Shown one piece after another: positions 1-11,139 of a DNA stretch of 64,000 bases. The stretch is from Mustelus asterias (taxonomy: Eukaryota): the NCBI RefSeq assembly GCF_964213995.1, contig NW_027590863.1, forward strand, positions 62,001 through 126,000, written 5' to 3'. The first letter of the stretch is position 1, and every line of letters begins with the position of its first letter. The notes under the pieces were generated by a model. The model was not told where the DNA came from and made no database searches. It saw nothing but the letters and a program-made list of their open reading frames with translations. A program made the position numbers and the translations under genes.

Positions 1-598
1 TTGCAGATGACACCAAGATTGGTGGCAAAATGGACAGTGAAGGTTACTAGGATTGCAACAGGATCCTGATCAGTTGGGCCAGTGGGCTGATGAATGGTAG
101 ATGGAGTTAAATTTAGATAAATGCAAGGTGATGCATTTTGGTGGATCGAACCAGGGCAGGACTTACTCAGTTAATGGTGGGACATTGAAGAGAGTAATAG
201 AATAAAGAGATCCAGGAGTACAGGTTCATAGCTCCTTGAAAATGGAGTCACAGGCGGATAGAATGGTGAAGAAGGCATTCAGCATGCTTGATTTCATTGG
301 TCAGAACATTGAATACAGGAGTTGGGACGTCTTGTTGGAGGTGTAAAAGACATTGGTAAGGCCACACTTGGAATACTGTGTACAGTTCTGGTCATCCTAT
401 TATAGAAAGGATATTATTAAACAAGAAAACATGCAGAAAAGATTTACTAGGATGCTACCGGGACTTGATGGTTTGAGTTATAAGGCTGGATAGACTGCGA
501 CTTTTTTCTCTGGAGCGTAGGAGGCTTTGTAGTGACCTTATAGCGGTCTATAAAATAATGAGGGGCATAGATCAGCGGGATAGTCAATATCTTTTCCC
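1..598 (+). mobile_element. CR1-type LINE fragment (RT C-terminal region), degenerate
   Basis: Begins with codons for FADDTK and continues through LVRPHLEYCVQFW-like and RFTRMLPG-like codons; contains stops and frameshifts. Confidence 0.85.
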
Positions 599-700
599 AT
601 TCCATTGTGACCTCACACTCCGACCCATTCCATTGTGACATCACACCCTCACACATTCCATTGTGATGTCACACTCTCACCCATTCCATTGTGACGTCAG
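596..700. repeat. Short tandem array (~26-28 bp unit cccattccattgtgacgtcacactctca) with CRE-like sites
   Basis: About 4 imperfect copies; one perfect TGACGTCA near 692-699; same array at ~59995-60122. Confidence 0.8.
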
Positions 701-1500
701 GGCTTCACTCTCCGATCACAATCCCTGCCGGCCTCCCACATGCAGCCTCAATGGCGGCAGTCAGCCCGGGTCTAACACTACAAGCTGCCGCTCCATTTGG
801 TACAAAGGCGGGGACCGGGAAGTTCATTTCCGGGGTTTGGGTTTGAACAACATGTTGAGAAAGCCTCTCCACCCACCCGCCACATTTATCATTCCCCGCA
901 CGCCGCCCTCTACCTCGTATTGATCTCGCTTCCAAATTAAAACCGTCCGTCTGTCCGTCGCCATTACCCGCACTGCGCATGCTTCAGATCCCGCCCCTCA
1001 TTCACTCCGATTGGTTGGAGGACCAGCAGCTCCCGCTCGGTCCTCCAGCCCCGCCCCCTCTTCCTATTGGTCCGGAGCTGCCGTCAATCAGTCCCCGGAC
1101 ATTGTGATATGGAGCATGCGCAGTGTCATTGCTGTCCTTGGCGCTTGTTTGTCCCGGAGAAGCGGAGTCAGCGTTAGGCGGTGGCTGGGAGGATTTGGAA
1201 ACACTTTGTGGATCCGCAAACCCTTCAGAATCATTGTCAGCTCCCTGGTTTGCAGCTGCGGGGCTTCTCCCTCCCTCCCTCCCGGGAACAGGCCCAGGTT
1301 AACGGCCCCATCCTGGCTCAGCCACTGGAGGATGGTTCACATCAGAGGATGGGGGAGGGGGACAATAAATAAGAGGTGACACTTTGGCCTCAAATCAATG
1401 AGGACTCTGATCTCTGGGAAGGAAGGAAACCCTGGGAGGTGGGCGGGGAGGATTCACAAACACCCGCTGGAGGCCCCAACACCCCCAGTAAGAAGCTGCA
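700..1500. promoter_or_regulatory. CpG-island promoter/first-exon region, type A
   Basis: CpG-rich with YY1-like AATGGCGGC, ACTACAA, ETS-like CCGGGAAGT, NRF1-like TGCGCATGC (twice), GC boxes and inverted CCAAT; paralogous to 25815-26400 and 60120-60780. Confidence 0.7.
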
Positions 1501-2329
1501 GCTCCCTGCAGTGACCAGGAGAGAAAATAATTGATTTTATTTTCACTCTGTACAAAAGAGAACTGAACCCAGCCAGAATAGAGGGTGGGAGAAAAGATTT
1601 GTGAAGATATTTCACACTGGGTTTGCCAGGCTGACCAACTCTCTCAGAGAAAATAAAAGGACATCCTTCATGAGTCTGTCGGAGCAGGTGAGCAGTATTG
1701 TGTGCGGTGCTGCTGGAACTGTGTGGGTGGGCACGGGCTGGTTGGCAGCCAGAACAGTTGGAAGAGGGTGCTGCACAGATCCATCTTATGGGTGAAACAG
1801 TACCCATACACCATGCAGCCTGGCACACTGGAGTCATGGGACAATCCATTGAAATATGAGATGGTTGGTTAATGTGGGAGTTGGTTGCAGGACAGGGAGG
1901 AGGGAAAGTGTTCAGGATGAGGATTTACTGCTTTACAGGAACAAGTGAGGAAACAATGTTCCACAGAACATACTTTCAAATTCCAGTATCCGCAGCAATT
2001 TGCTTTGATTCCAAATAAACTTATTGGACTTTAACCTGGTGTTATGAGACTTCTTACTGTGCAAACTCCACAGAGACAGTCACCCACCGCTGGAATCGAA
2101 CCCAGACTCAGTGAGGCAGCAGTGCGAACCACTGTGTCACAGTGAAGGGAGTTTGCCGCAAATTTCGGGTGATAACAATGGGCTGGATGTTGCTCAGAAT
2201 GTGGAGCACGGCAGCAAAGTACAGAGAGACAGAGCAGCAAACTGGACTGAGAAATGGAGTCTGCAGACTGGAACTGGCAGCATGAGGAGAGGTTATTTAG
2301 TCTAACACTCACAGCAATCTACAACCCAC

Positions 2330-2486
2330 CCCCATTACCGAGACAGTGAGACAGAGATTACAAACACTCACCAACACAGCTCCACTGAAACGTCCCAGGA
2401 AAAAGAGGGAATCTGTGGCAGTTCCTGTCCTGAAATAGCCCCAGGACTGTCACTCAAACCCCCAACCCCGCCCAGTTCACAGCTCA
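2330..2486. repeat. Copy 1 of a local ~155-bp direct duplication (copy 2 at ~3538-3692)
   Basis: ccccattacc(g/a)agacagtgagacagagattacaaacactcacc...ccagttcacagc is present twice. Confidence 0.8.
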
Positions 2487-2752
2487 GCCTCTCAGCTTGC
2501 AGCTTCCTGCACCTTGAGCCAACCCTGTCCAGGTGTGGGAGGGATGTGGAACCACAGAGTGGGGGGAGGGGTGACCTCCTGCTGTGCCCCAAATAGTTTC
2601 TCCTTCCCCTCCCCCTTGGCTCTCTAAGGTCTGAATGTGGATGTGTTGATGGACATTGCAGAGCCTCACTGAGCTTATCCTGGGTCACCCCCTCCCCCTG
2701 GGTTCAGTGTGTTCAGTTCGCTGCTTCTTTCCCTGCTGAACCTTCAGTTAAT

Positions 2753-2925
2753 CAAAAACAGAAAGTGCTGGAAAACCTCAGCAGGTCTGATCGCATCTGT
2801 GATCATCCAGACTGGAAGCATTAACTCCATTCTCTCTCCACAGATGCTGTCAGACCTGCTGAGATTTTCCAGCATTTTCTGTTTCTGTTTCAGATTCCAG
2901 CATCCGCAGTATTTTGCTTTTATCT
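2753..2925. mobile_element. Inverted pair of Penelope-like termini (family 2)
   Basis: acagaaagtgctggaaaacctcagcaggtctga ... tcagacctgctgagattttccagcattttctgt; the same terminus recurs at ~3705-3850, 23970-24080, 48545-48690, 52205-52330 and 55405-55585. Confidence 0.55.
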
Positions 2926-4282
2926 TCATTTAAACACGCATTCTTTGACGGCCTTTACCCCCATTGCTCCTTTCCAGAGCTTCCCACCTTCTGCTATTGT
3001 CCCTGACTCCCACATTAACCCTGTCATTCCTTCCCTTTATCCCGCTCACATCCCGCTCGAAACTCAGGCTCAGAGTTTTAGCGCCATCTCCCCCTCCCCC
3101 AGCTCCCACATCCCAACACCCGGAATCTCTAACCCAGCGGTTCCAGTTTGTCTGGTTTGAGTTCAGATTTGCCGCAGCACCGACAGGATTTCACTTCAAA
3201 CCAGCCGGAACTGACTGCTCACAAATCCCTAAATGTTTCTCCAGCAGCCCGGGCTTGTTAACGTTGTTTAAAGTCAGCGCCCAAATGCAGTTACTCTCAG
3301 TTTAAAAAAACTTCTCCGTTTAATCCAAAGTATTATTCGCAGCAGACACAAACACAAAATTGTGAACGTTACCCACCGCTCCGCGCCCCCCGCCCCCCCC
3401 CCCCCGCCCGCCCCCAACTCCCCCCGCCCCCCCAACGAGACCCGAGCTGGGGTGTCCTGAGTAAGAGACATCTGTTTCGGGTGTGACAATTCTTACACAT
3501 TCTCTGGTTGACATCAAACGGAAAACGCTGGAAATTGCCCCCATTACCAAGACAGTGAGACAGAGATTACAAACACTCACCAACACAGCTCCAGTGAAAC
3601 GTCCCAGGGAAAAGGGGGAATCTGTGGCTGTTCCTGTCCTGATATCGCCCCAGGACTGTCACTCAAACCCCCAACCCGGCCCAGTTCACAGCAAATTGCT
3701 GCTTTTGTCAAAAAGGTCATTTGGACTCGAAACCTCAGCTCTTTTTGTCTCCTTACAGATGCTGCCAGACCTGCTGAGATTTTCCAGCGTTTTCTCTTTT
3801 GGCTGGAAATACTCAACAAGTCAGGCAGCCTCTGTGGAGAGAGAAACAGACTGAATGTGACCTGTCATCGGAACTGGGAAATATATTATTTCCCGCAACT
3901 GAAAGAGACACTTTACAGCCTTCAGAACAAAACTGAGCTCAACAATTTTACACCACAATCTCTCCCCCCATTGTGTTCTGTGTTTCGTTGCTGCTTTTTT
4001 CACCTCATTTCCCACTTGTTTTCTTTACTTTACATTCAGACTATCGCTCACCAGCTATTCACACCTCATCCAGAACATCTTTTGTATCTTTATTTGTCCC
4101 ATTACCACTCGCTTTGGTCTTGGGCCGTGAAACATTTTGTCAGTTTGCAGATCTTTCATTTTGTTCTTCTCCACCTCCCTTTCTCAATTCTTCAGAGGTC
4201 AGTCTTTGACAAAGGGTCATCTGGACTCGAAACGTCAGCACTTTTCTCTCCTGACAAATGCCCGTGACCACTGAAGTGCGTC

Positions 4283-4733
4283 ATGGGCATTCAGCCTCTG
4301 ATCTTTGGGTAAACATTCTCCAAGGCGGCCTTCAGGACACACGACAGCGCAGAGTCGCTGAGCAGAAACTGATAGCCAAGTTCCGCACACATGAGGACGG
4401 CCTAAACCGGGATGTTGGCTTGATGTCACACTATCAGTAACCCCCACAGCTTGCCTCCTGGACTTGCTGGTTGTCCTGTCTGGAGACAATACGAATCTCT
4501 TTAACCTGTGCTTAATGCTCCCTCCACTCACATTGTCTGTATCTTTAAGAACTGGTTGGCTGTAGAGATTTGCATTCTAATCAGTATTCTGTAACTTGAT
4601 TTTGTGTCTCTGTGCACTGTTTGAGAGCAGATTTCCACTCCATCTGACGAAGGAGCAGCGCTCCAAAAGCTAATGGTATTTGCTATCAAATAAACCTGTT
4701 GGACTTTAACCTGGTGTTGTTAAAACTGTTACT
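4283..4733 (+). mobile_element. Penelope-like element 3' fragment (GIY-YIG C-terminus plus pLTR)
   Basis: Encodes GHSASDLWVNILQGGLQDTRQRRVAEQKLIAKFRTHEDGLNRD; downstream terminus has a mutated hammerhead core. Confidence 0.75.
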
Positions 4734-4794
4734 CTAAATATATCCCCATCGCTCTGGGTGGGAGTGGAATTGATGATTTCTTGACTGTCTGTCT

Positions 4795-5060
4795 GCACTG
4801 CTGCCTCACAGTGCCAGGGACCCGGGTTCAATTCCCAGCTTGGGTCACTGTCTGTGTGGAGTCTGTACGTTCTCCCCGTGTCTGTGTGGGTTCCCTCCGG
4901 GTGCTCCAGTTTCCTCCCACCGTCTGAAAGATGCGCTATTGAGGTGCATTGACCCAAACAGGTGCTGGAGTGTGGCGACTCGGGGAATTTCACAGTAACT
5001 TCATTGCAGTGTTAATGTAAGCCTTACTTGTGACTAATAAATAAATTTAACTTTTAACTT
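4795..5060 (+). mobile_element. V-SINE (HE1-related), alternative-tail subfamily
   Basis: tRNA-like head (GGGTTCAATTCCC B box) and V-domain GTGGGTTCCTCCGGGTGCTCCAGTTTCCTCCCAC; tail ...cttgtgactaataaataaa. Confidence 0.75.
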
Positions 5061-5074
5061 TAATTTTGTGAACT

Positions 5075-5402
5075 CATAGAATCGTAGAATCTTACAGTGC
5101 AGAAGAAGGCCATTCAGCCCATCGAGTCTGCACCAACCACAATCCCACCCAGGCCCTATCCCCGTAACTCCACATATTTAACCTGCTAATCCTCCTGACA
5201 CTAGGGTCAATTTAGCATGGCCAGTCAACCTAAGCAGCACATCTTTGGACTGTGGGAGGAAACCGGAGCACCCGGAGGAAACCCACGCAGACACAGGGAG
5301 AATATGCAGACTCTGCACAGATAGTGACCCAAGCCAGGAATTGAACTCAGGTACGTGGCGCTGTGAGGCAGTAGTGCTAACCGCTGTGCCACCATGCCGC
5401 CC
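5075..5402 (-). mobile_element. HE1-like V-SINE, full length
   Basis: On the reverse strand: GGGCGGCATGGTGGCACAGCGGTTAGCAC head, V-domain and CR1-like TTCTATGA tail. Confidence 0.8.
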
Positions 5403-6064
5403 TAATCTCCTTGAACAAATAGTAAATTGTAGAGATTATAAAGTTTGAATTGTAATATCTAATGGTGTAAAGTATCTGGGAGCAGAGTGGATGTGATAAA
5501 GGCTGGAATACAGACTGTGGGAATGAGGGTGAAACTGCTGTGCTCAGTGAATGGTTCTTATTGGAGGGAGGGATGTAGCGGGATCTTCCTTGTTACTCCA
5601 CTTACAGGCCGATGTTTGAGGGTCTGCCGATAGCTGTGAGTGTCTCTCTCTTACAGGCCTTGAAATTTCAAAGGCTGGGGAATGCTGCACTGGGGCAAGT
5701 CCACAGGAGAGAGCGCTGAACCAGGCTCACCGTTTATACCTGACCGGTAACCTGATACTTATATCACACAGCCATCCCAAAACCGCCACCAAGGCCTGAG
5801 TGATTCTCTCCCTTGTCGGTGGGACAACGGCCACCCTGCACCCACTCCACTCGAGTAGGTCTCCAAGAGAGAGAACAGAGAGACTCTGTTCTTTATCTCC
5901 TGTAAGAAGTTTAACAACACCAGGTTAAAGTCCAACAGGTTTATTTGGTAGCAAAAGCCACACCTTTATCTCCTGACCAGCAGTCTCCTTTGAGTGAGCG
6001 GGTTCGAATCACTCAGATCACCCTCGGTTCCAGACTCCGGATTTATGGTAAGGGATATTGAAAC

Positions 6065-7101
6065 TGTGACCTCGTCAGAGTGCACTGATGAGAGAACAAG
6101 AGGCAAGACGGACTCCAAACGAGTTTCAAAACTTACAGTGATTTATTTAATAATAAAATCAACCTCTTCAATACCCCACCACACAGGAATAAAACTTATA
6201 CTTTATACTGCACTATGGGAGAAATGCTAATGGGTACAACGTATTACTGAAGTTTAAAATTACAATACACCACCCCTCCCCTTGCCTCAACCTCTATCCT
6301 ATCCTCGGGAGCTTCACAAGGTTGGCTGGGATACTCACAATTCTAAAAGGGGTTCCTTTGTGGTCGGCTCAAATGTCTTAGTGCAGGGTCGAAACTGAAG
6401 AGAGCTTGGTCCTGCTTGTCTGTGTCACTGCTTGTGATTCTGGAAGAGAGCTTGGTCCTGCTTGTCTGTGTCACTGCTTGCGATTCTGGAAGAGAGCTTG
6501 GTCCTGCTTGTCTGTGTCCCTGCTTGCGATTCTGGAAGAGAGCTTGGTCCTGCTTGTCTGTGTCCCTGCTTGCGATTCTGGAAGAGAGCTTGGTCCTGCT
6601 TGTCTGTGTCCCTGCTTGTGATTCTGGAAGAGAGCTTGGTCCTGCTTGTCTGTGTCCCTGCTTGTGATTCTGGAAGAGAGCTTGGTTCTGCTTGTTTGAC
6701 TCTCAGCTCAATTTGACAAAAACACCTTCCCTGCCCCCGTAGGTGATTTTCAAGGACAATGGGGCTTTCGATCACCGGCAGTTTCAGTTTAATTTAGTCA
6801 AGTCCACACACAAAAGGCTGGAACTGCCGTGAACCCCCGTGGGTCGTTATTTCAATGTCTTCTGTGGATGGGCCGATTTCTGTGGCCATTGACTCCCTGC
6901 TGGTCTGTTTACTGTCCTTTGTCCTTCTGATGATTCGATCACTGGTGCGTCTGCCTTTTTGGCCACTTGCATATTCAGGGGGCTCTCACCTTTTTTTCTC
7001 TTAGCACAGTCCACCGACAGGTTATGTTTGTCCTGCCGAACCTTCTGGGAGGTTTTTATCAGCCAGCAGCCAGAGTTGGCCACTTTTAAACTGCTACGAC
7101 A
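6065..7101. mobile_element. Putative LTR-like or unclassified element containing a 46-bp tandem array
   Basis: TG...CA ends are plausible and there is a minus-strand AATAAA near 6142; no clear TSD found. Confidence 0.3.
6397..6698. repeat. 46-bp minisatellite, ~6.5 copies
   Basis: Unit gaagagagcttggtcctgcttgtctgtgtccctgcttg(c/t)gattctg starts at 6397, 6443, 6489, 6535, 6581, 6627 and 6673. Confidence 0.95.
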
Positions 7102-7107
7102 ACGGAT

Positions 7108-7299
7108 CATAGAAATCATAGAAACCCTACAGTGCAGAAGGAGGCCATTCGGCCCATCGAGTCTGCACCGACCACAATCCCACCCAGGCCCTACCCCCAC
7201 ATATTTACCCACTAATCCCTCTAACCTACACATCTCAGGACTCTAAGGGGCAATTTTTAACCTGGCCAATCAACCTAACCCGCACGTCTTTGGACTTTG
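7108..7299 (-). mobile_element. HE1-like SINE 3' half
   Basis: catagaaatcatagaaaccctacagtgcagaaggaggccattcggcccatcgag tail, truncated at the Penelope junction. Confidence 0.75.
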
Positions 7300-7300
7300 G

Positions 7301-7829
7301 ATGAATGAACACCGCTCGACAATCATCAGGCAAGACTGTTCTCTTCCTGTGGGGGAGCACTTCAGCAGTCACGGGCATTCAGCCTTGGATCTTCAGGTAA
7401 GCGTTCTCCAAGGCGGCCTTCACGACACACGACAGCGCAGAGTCGCTGAGCAGAAACTGATAGCCAAGTTCCGCACACATGAGGACGGCCGCAACCGGGA
7501 TGTTGGATTTATGTCACATCATCAGTAACCCCCACAGCTTGCCCCCTGGACTTGCAGAATCTCACTAGCTGTTCTGTCTGGAGACAATACACATCTCTTT
7601 AACCTGTGTTTGATGCTCCCTCCACCCACATTGTCTGTACCTTTAAGACCTGGCTGGTTGTAGGGATTCGCATTCTAATCAGTATTCTGTAACTTGATTT
7701 TGTGTCTCTGTGCCCTGTTTGAGAGCAGATTTCCACTCCATCTGACGAAGGAGCAGCGCTCCGAAAGCTTATGGTATTTGCTACCAAATAAACTTGTTGG
7801 ACTTTAACCTGGTGTTGTGAGACTTCTTA
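7301..7829 (+). mobile_element. Penelope-like element 3' fragment (GIY-YIG C-terminus plus pLTR)
   Basis: ORF MNEHRSTI...PVGEHFSSHGHS...AEQKLIAKFRTHEDG(R)NRD is typical of the end of a PLE endonuclease. Confidence 0.8.
7738..7774 (+). ncRNA. Minimal type I hammerhead ribozyme motif in Penelope pLTR
   Basis: CCAT-CTGACGA-A-GGAGC-AGC-GCTCC-GAAA-GCTT-ATGG: intact core, 5-bp stem II, palindromic stem III, CCAT/ATGG stem I. Confidence 0.7.
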
Positions 7830-8244
7830 CAGGAGGGGAAACAGCAGCAGTGCAGTCTGCGCAAAAGCTGTGTTCAGCCCAGTCCAATGCCGGCATCTCC
7901 ACATCACTTTTAAACTGTCAGGTTTCTCCTGAGTCGGGTACACCTGTTCGGGTACACTGAGGGAGAATTCAGCATGGCCAATGCACCTAACCATAATGGT
8001 ATTTGCTACCAAATAAAGCTGTTGGACTTTAACCTGGTGTTGTGAGACCTCTTACCGTGTTCACCCCAGTCCAACGCTGGCATCTCCACATCATCCCCTC
8101 CTGTCCACCAGAGGTCGCTGTAGGCCTCCCAGCTGCTGCTCCTCCCAGTGTCACCTCTTGCCCACTCCAGCCCCTCCAGTACACCTCACTGGAGCCCCAG
8201 GCCATTCTTGCCATCCTGCCAGGTCTCGGGTACTGAGGCCAGTA

Positions 8245-8535
8245 GTAAAGTTTATTTATGAGTCACAAGTAGGTTTACATTCACACTGTAATGAAGTTAC
8301 TGTGAAAATCCCCGAGTCGCCACACTCCGGCACCTGTTCGGGTACACTGAGGGAGAATTCAGCTTGGCCAATGCACCTAACCAGCACATCTTTTGGACTG
8401 TGGGAGGAAACCGGAGCACCCGGAGGAAATCCACAGACACGGGGAAAATGTGCACAGTGACCCAAGCCGGGAATCAAATCCAAATCCCTGGCACTGTGAG
8501 GCAGCAGTGCGAACCACTGGGCCACTGTACCACCC
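8245..8535 (-). mobile_element. V-SINE, alternative-tail subfamily
   Basis: Reverse-complement match to the 4795-5060 element. Confidence 0.75.
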
Positions 8536-9950
8536 AGTGCTCTAAGGTTAAGTTTCTTCTTCAAACCTAAGAAGATTCAGTGTCACATCAGGGCGGGGAA
8601 AAGGGAGTCCATTGGCTTCAGATGGATAATGGTAAAAGTTAATATCCCAATTTATTCACTTTATTCCTTCAAGCTGAGGTTTACAAAGTGAGAATTCCGC
8701 TGTTTATAGCAGTGACGAAATAAGCAATGACACTGATCCTATATTTAAATTAGTCTGTAATACACCTCAATTTCACACAGGTTAACAGTTTTCAAGCATT
8801 TGGAACCCCAAATGTCTGCTGATGTGTCATCCAGAGCTGTTTCCCTGGCAGTTTGTGTCAGTAGCAGGCTGCCGTTACCATCCACTCTTGGGCAGGGTGA
8901 GGAGACAGCTCCAACACCGACCTCAGCTGGAATGGGGATTGAACCATACATTAGTCCGCAGGCCAGCAATGTGGCAGGAATTGCAAAGGGGCTGCACAGA
9001 GGTCCAGAATTAGAAGAGGGGGTTGTGGAGATGGAGGAAGCGTCTGCAAGACATGGGGACATTTTGGATTATCTCAAAATTACAGAGTGTGGGAGACCAG
9101 TCAGGAATGTGTTGAAATTGTCAAGTCTGGCAGTAATGTGTGGATGTGGGATTCAGCAGCAGATGAAGGGCTGCACGGTGGAACAGTGGTTAGCACTGCT
9201 GCCTGACAGCAGTGGGTTTCTGTGTACGTTCTCCCTGTGTCTGAGTTCCCTCTGGGTGCTTCCGTTTCCTCCTACATTCCAAAGATGTGCAGGTTAGGTG
9301 GATTGGCCATGTTAAATTATCTGTTAGCGTCCAAAGATGTGTAGGTTAGGGGGTTAGCAGGGTAAATGCACAACGGTACAGGGCCCATCGAGTCTGCACC
9401 GACTCTCCAACAGAGCATCTTACCCAGGCCCTATCCCCGTAGCCCCACATATTCATCCTGCTATTCCACTGTGTTACCTGTTCATCACACTAGGGACCAG
9501 AGTCTGAGGTTATAAATGGGTGAGTTTACTCCAATAGTAATTCTTTCGACATCTGACAAGTTTACAGCTATTAACATCCTGCCTATCAAATAGCTCCAGC
9601 CTACATATGAGAGAACCAACATTCAGAGCTTTCAAATCCTTATCCTGAAGTTACAAAACAGACTTTAGTCCTCGGCCTGCTGATACATCGGCACATTCAC
9701 ACAGGGGTGGATTGGACTGTGATCTGTTTATTATTCATCTTTAGTTCAATACAGTTTCTGAGTGATTTAAATTTAAAACAAGGCCTGCAGGCGTGAAGAT
9801 TTATTGACACATGAATGAGAGATGCTGTGGGGCATTCTCCAAGTCCAACAGGGCTGATTTACATCAGAAAAACTCCAACTATCAGTATAAACGTTATTTA
9901 GTTGGGATGTAATTAACAGCAGCAATAACAGCAGAATCACACCCCTGTGA

Positions 9951-10476
9951 TCACTGGTGAACTCGCTGGTGTCTCACCAGGTTGTGTGACTGGGTGAATC
10001 TCTTTCCACACATCGAACAAGTGAACGGCTTCTCCTCACTGTGAACTTGTTGGTGTCTCAGCAGAATGGATGACCGGGTGAATCCTTTCCCACACTCAGT
10101 GCAGGTGAACGGTTTGTCCTCAGAGTGATTTCACTGGTGTGCGAGCAGACGTTTTCTCACAGTCAGAACATTTGAATGGTCTCTCATTTGTGTGAACAAG
10201 TTGGTGTGAAGTGAGAGAGGATAAACAAGTGAATCCCTTCCCACACACAGGGCAGGTGAACGGTCTCTCCCCACTGTGAATTCGCTGGTGTACAGTGAGG
10301 TCGCCTGATCGCCTGAAGCCAGTCCCGCAGTGAGAACACGTGAACGGTCTCTCGTCAGAGTGAACACGTTGATGGCATCGCAGTTCCTCAGAACTTTTGT
10401 AGCCCTTCCCGCAGTCTGGACATTTAACCGGTCTCTCTTCACTGTGAACTCGTTGGTGTTTCTGCAGGTTGGATGA
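9951..10476 (-). pseudogene. Non-coding fossil C2H2 fingers downstream of the premature stop of ZNF gene 1
   Basis: The finger frame continues after the TGA at 10477, with a later deletion/frameshift near 10150, to the ancestral HQ-stop at 9951. Confidence 0.8.
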
Positions 10477-11139
10477 TCAGTTAAATCCCTTCCCACATTC
10501 AGAGCAGGTGAATGGCCTCTCTCCAGTGTGAATGCGCTCATGTGCCACAAGATGGAATGATGTCCTGAACCCCTTCTGGCAGTGGGAGCAGCTGAACGGT
10601 GTGGTTCCGGTGTGAATGTACTGGTGCTCCCGCAGTGTGCGTGGAGTTTTAAAACTCTTTCCACACTCAGTGCATTTAAACTCTCTCCTGTCGGTGTGAA
10701 CTCGCTGGTGTCTCTGCAGGGCAGAGAAATCTGTGAATCCCTTCCCACACACGGAGCAGGTGAATGGCCTCTCCCCTGTGTGAGTGTGCCAATGCATCAG
10801 CAGGGCCGATGACTGAGTAAATCCTTTTCCACATTTGGAGCAGGTGAACTGCCTCTCCCTGCTGTGAATGCGCTGGTGTATCAACAGGCCAGCTGACTGA
10901 GTGAATCCCTTCCCACACACAGGGCAGGTAAAAGGTCTCTCTCCAGTGTGAGTGCGTCGGTGATTTTCCAGGCCAACTGGGTAATTGAATCCTTTCCCAC
11001 AGTCTCCACATTTATACGGTCTCTCCCTGATGTGACTGCGCTTGTGTCTTGACAGGCCAGACGATCGTTTGAAGCCTTGTCCACACACAGAACATGTGTA
11101 TGGTTTCTCCCCACTGTGAATGGTGCTTTTTTCTTCCAT
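10477..11139 (-). CDS. C2H2 zinc-finger protein (gene 1), 7 intact fingers, truncated by an in-frame TGA
   Basis: ORF 10477-11397; likely ATG (MEEK) at 11139; splice acceptor ttcatttttcag near 11246; TGERP linkers. Confidence 0.75.
   Translation of the reverse strand: MEEKSTIHSGEKPYTCSVCGQGFKRSSGLSRHKRSHIRERPYKCGDCGKGFNYPVGLENHRRTHTGERPFTCPVCGKGFTQSAGLLIHQRIHSRERQFTCSKCGKGFTQSSALLMHWHTHTGERPFTCSVCGKGFTDFSALQRHQRVHTDRREFKCTECGKSFKTPRTLREHQYIHTGTTPFSCSHCQKGFRTSFHLVAHERIHTGERPFTCSECGKGFN

Noticed and set aside
3375-3435. G-quadruplex-forming poly-C tract
   Set aside because: Low complexity and error-prone in sequencing; no further evidence of function.
8800-9297. 165-aa ORF
   Set aside because: TTG start, no recognisable motif, and it runs into a SINE.
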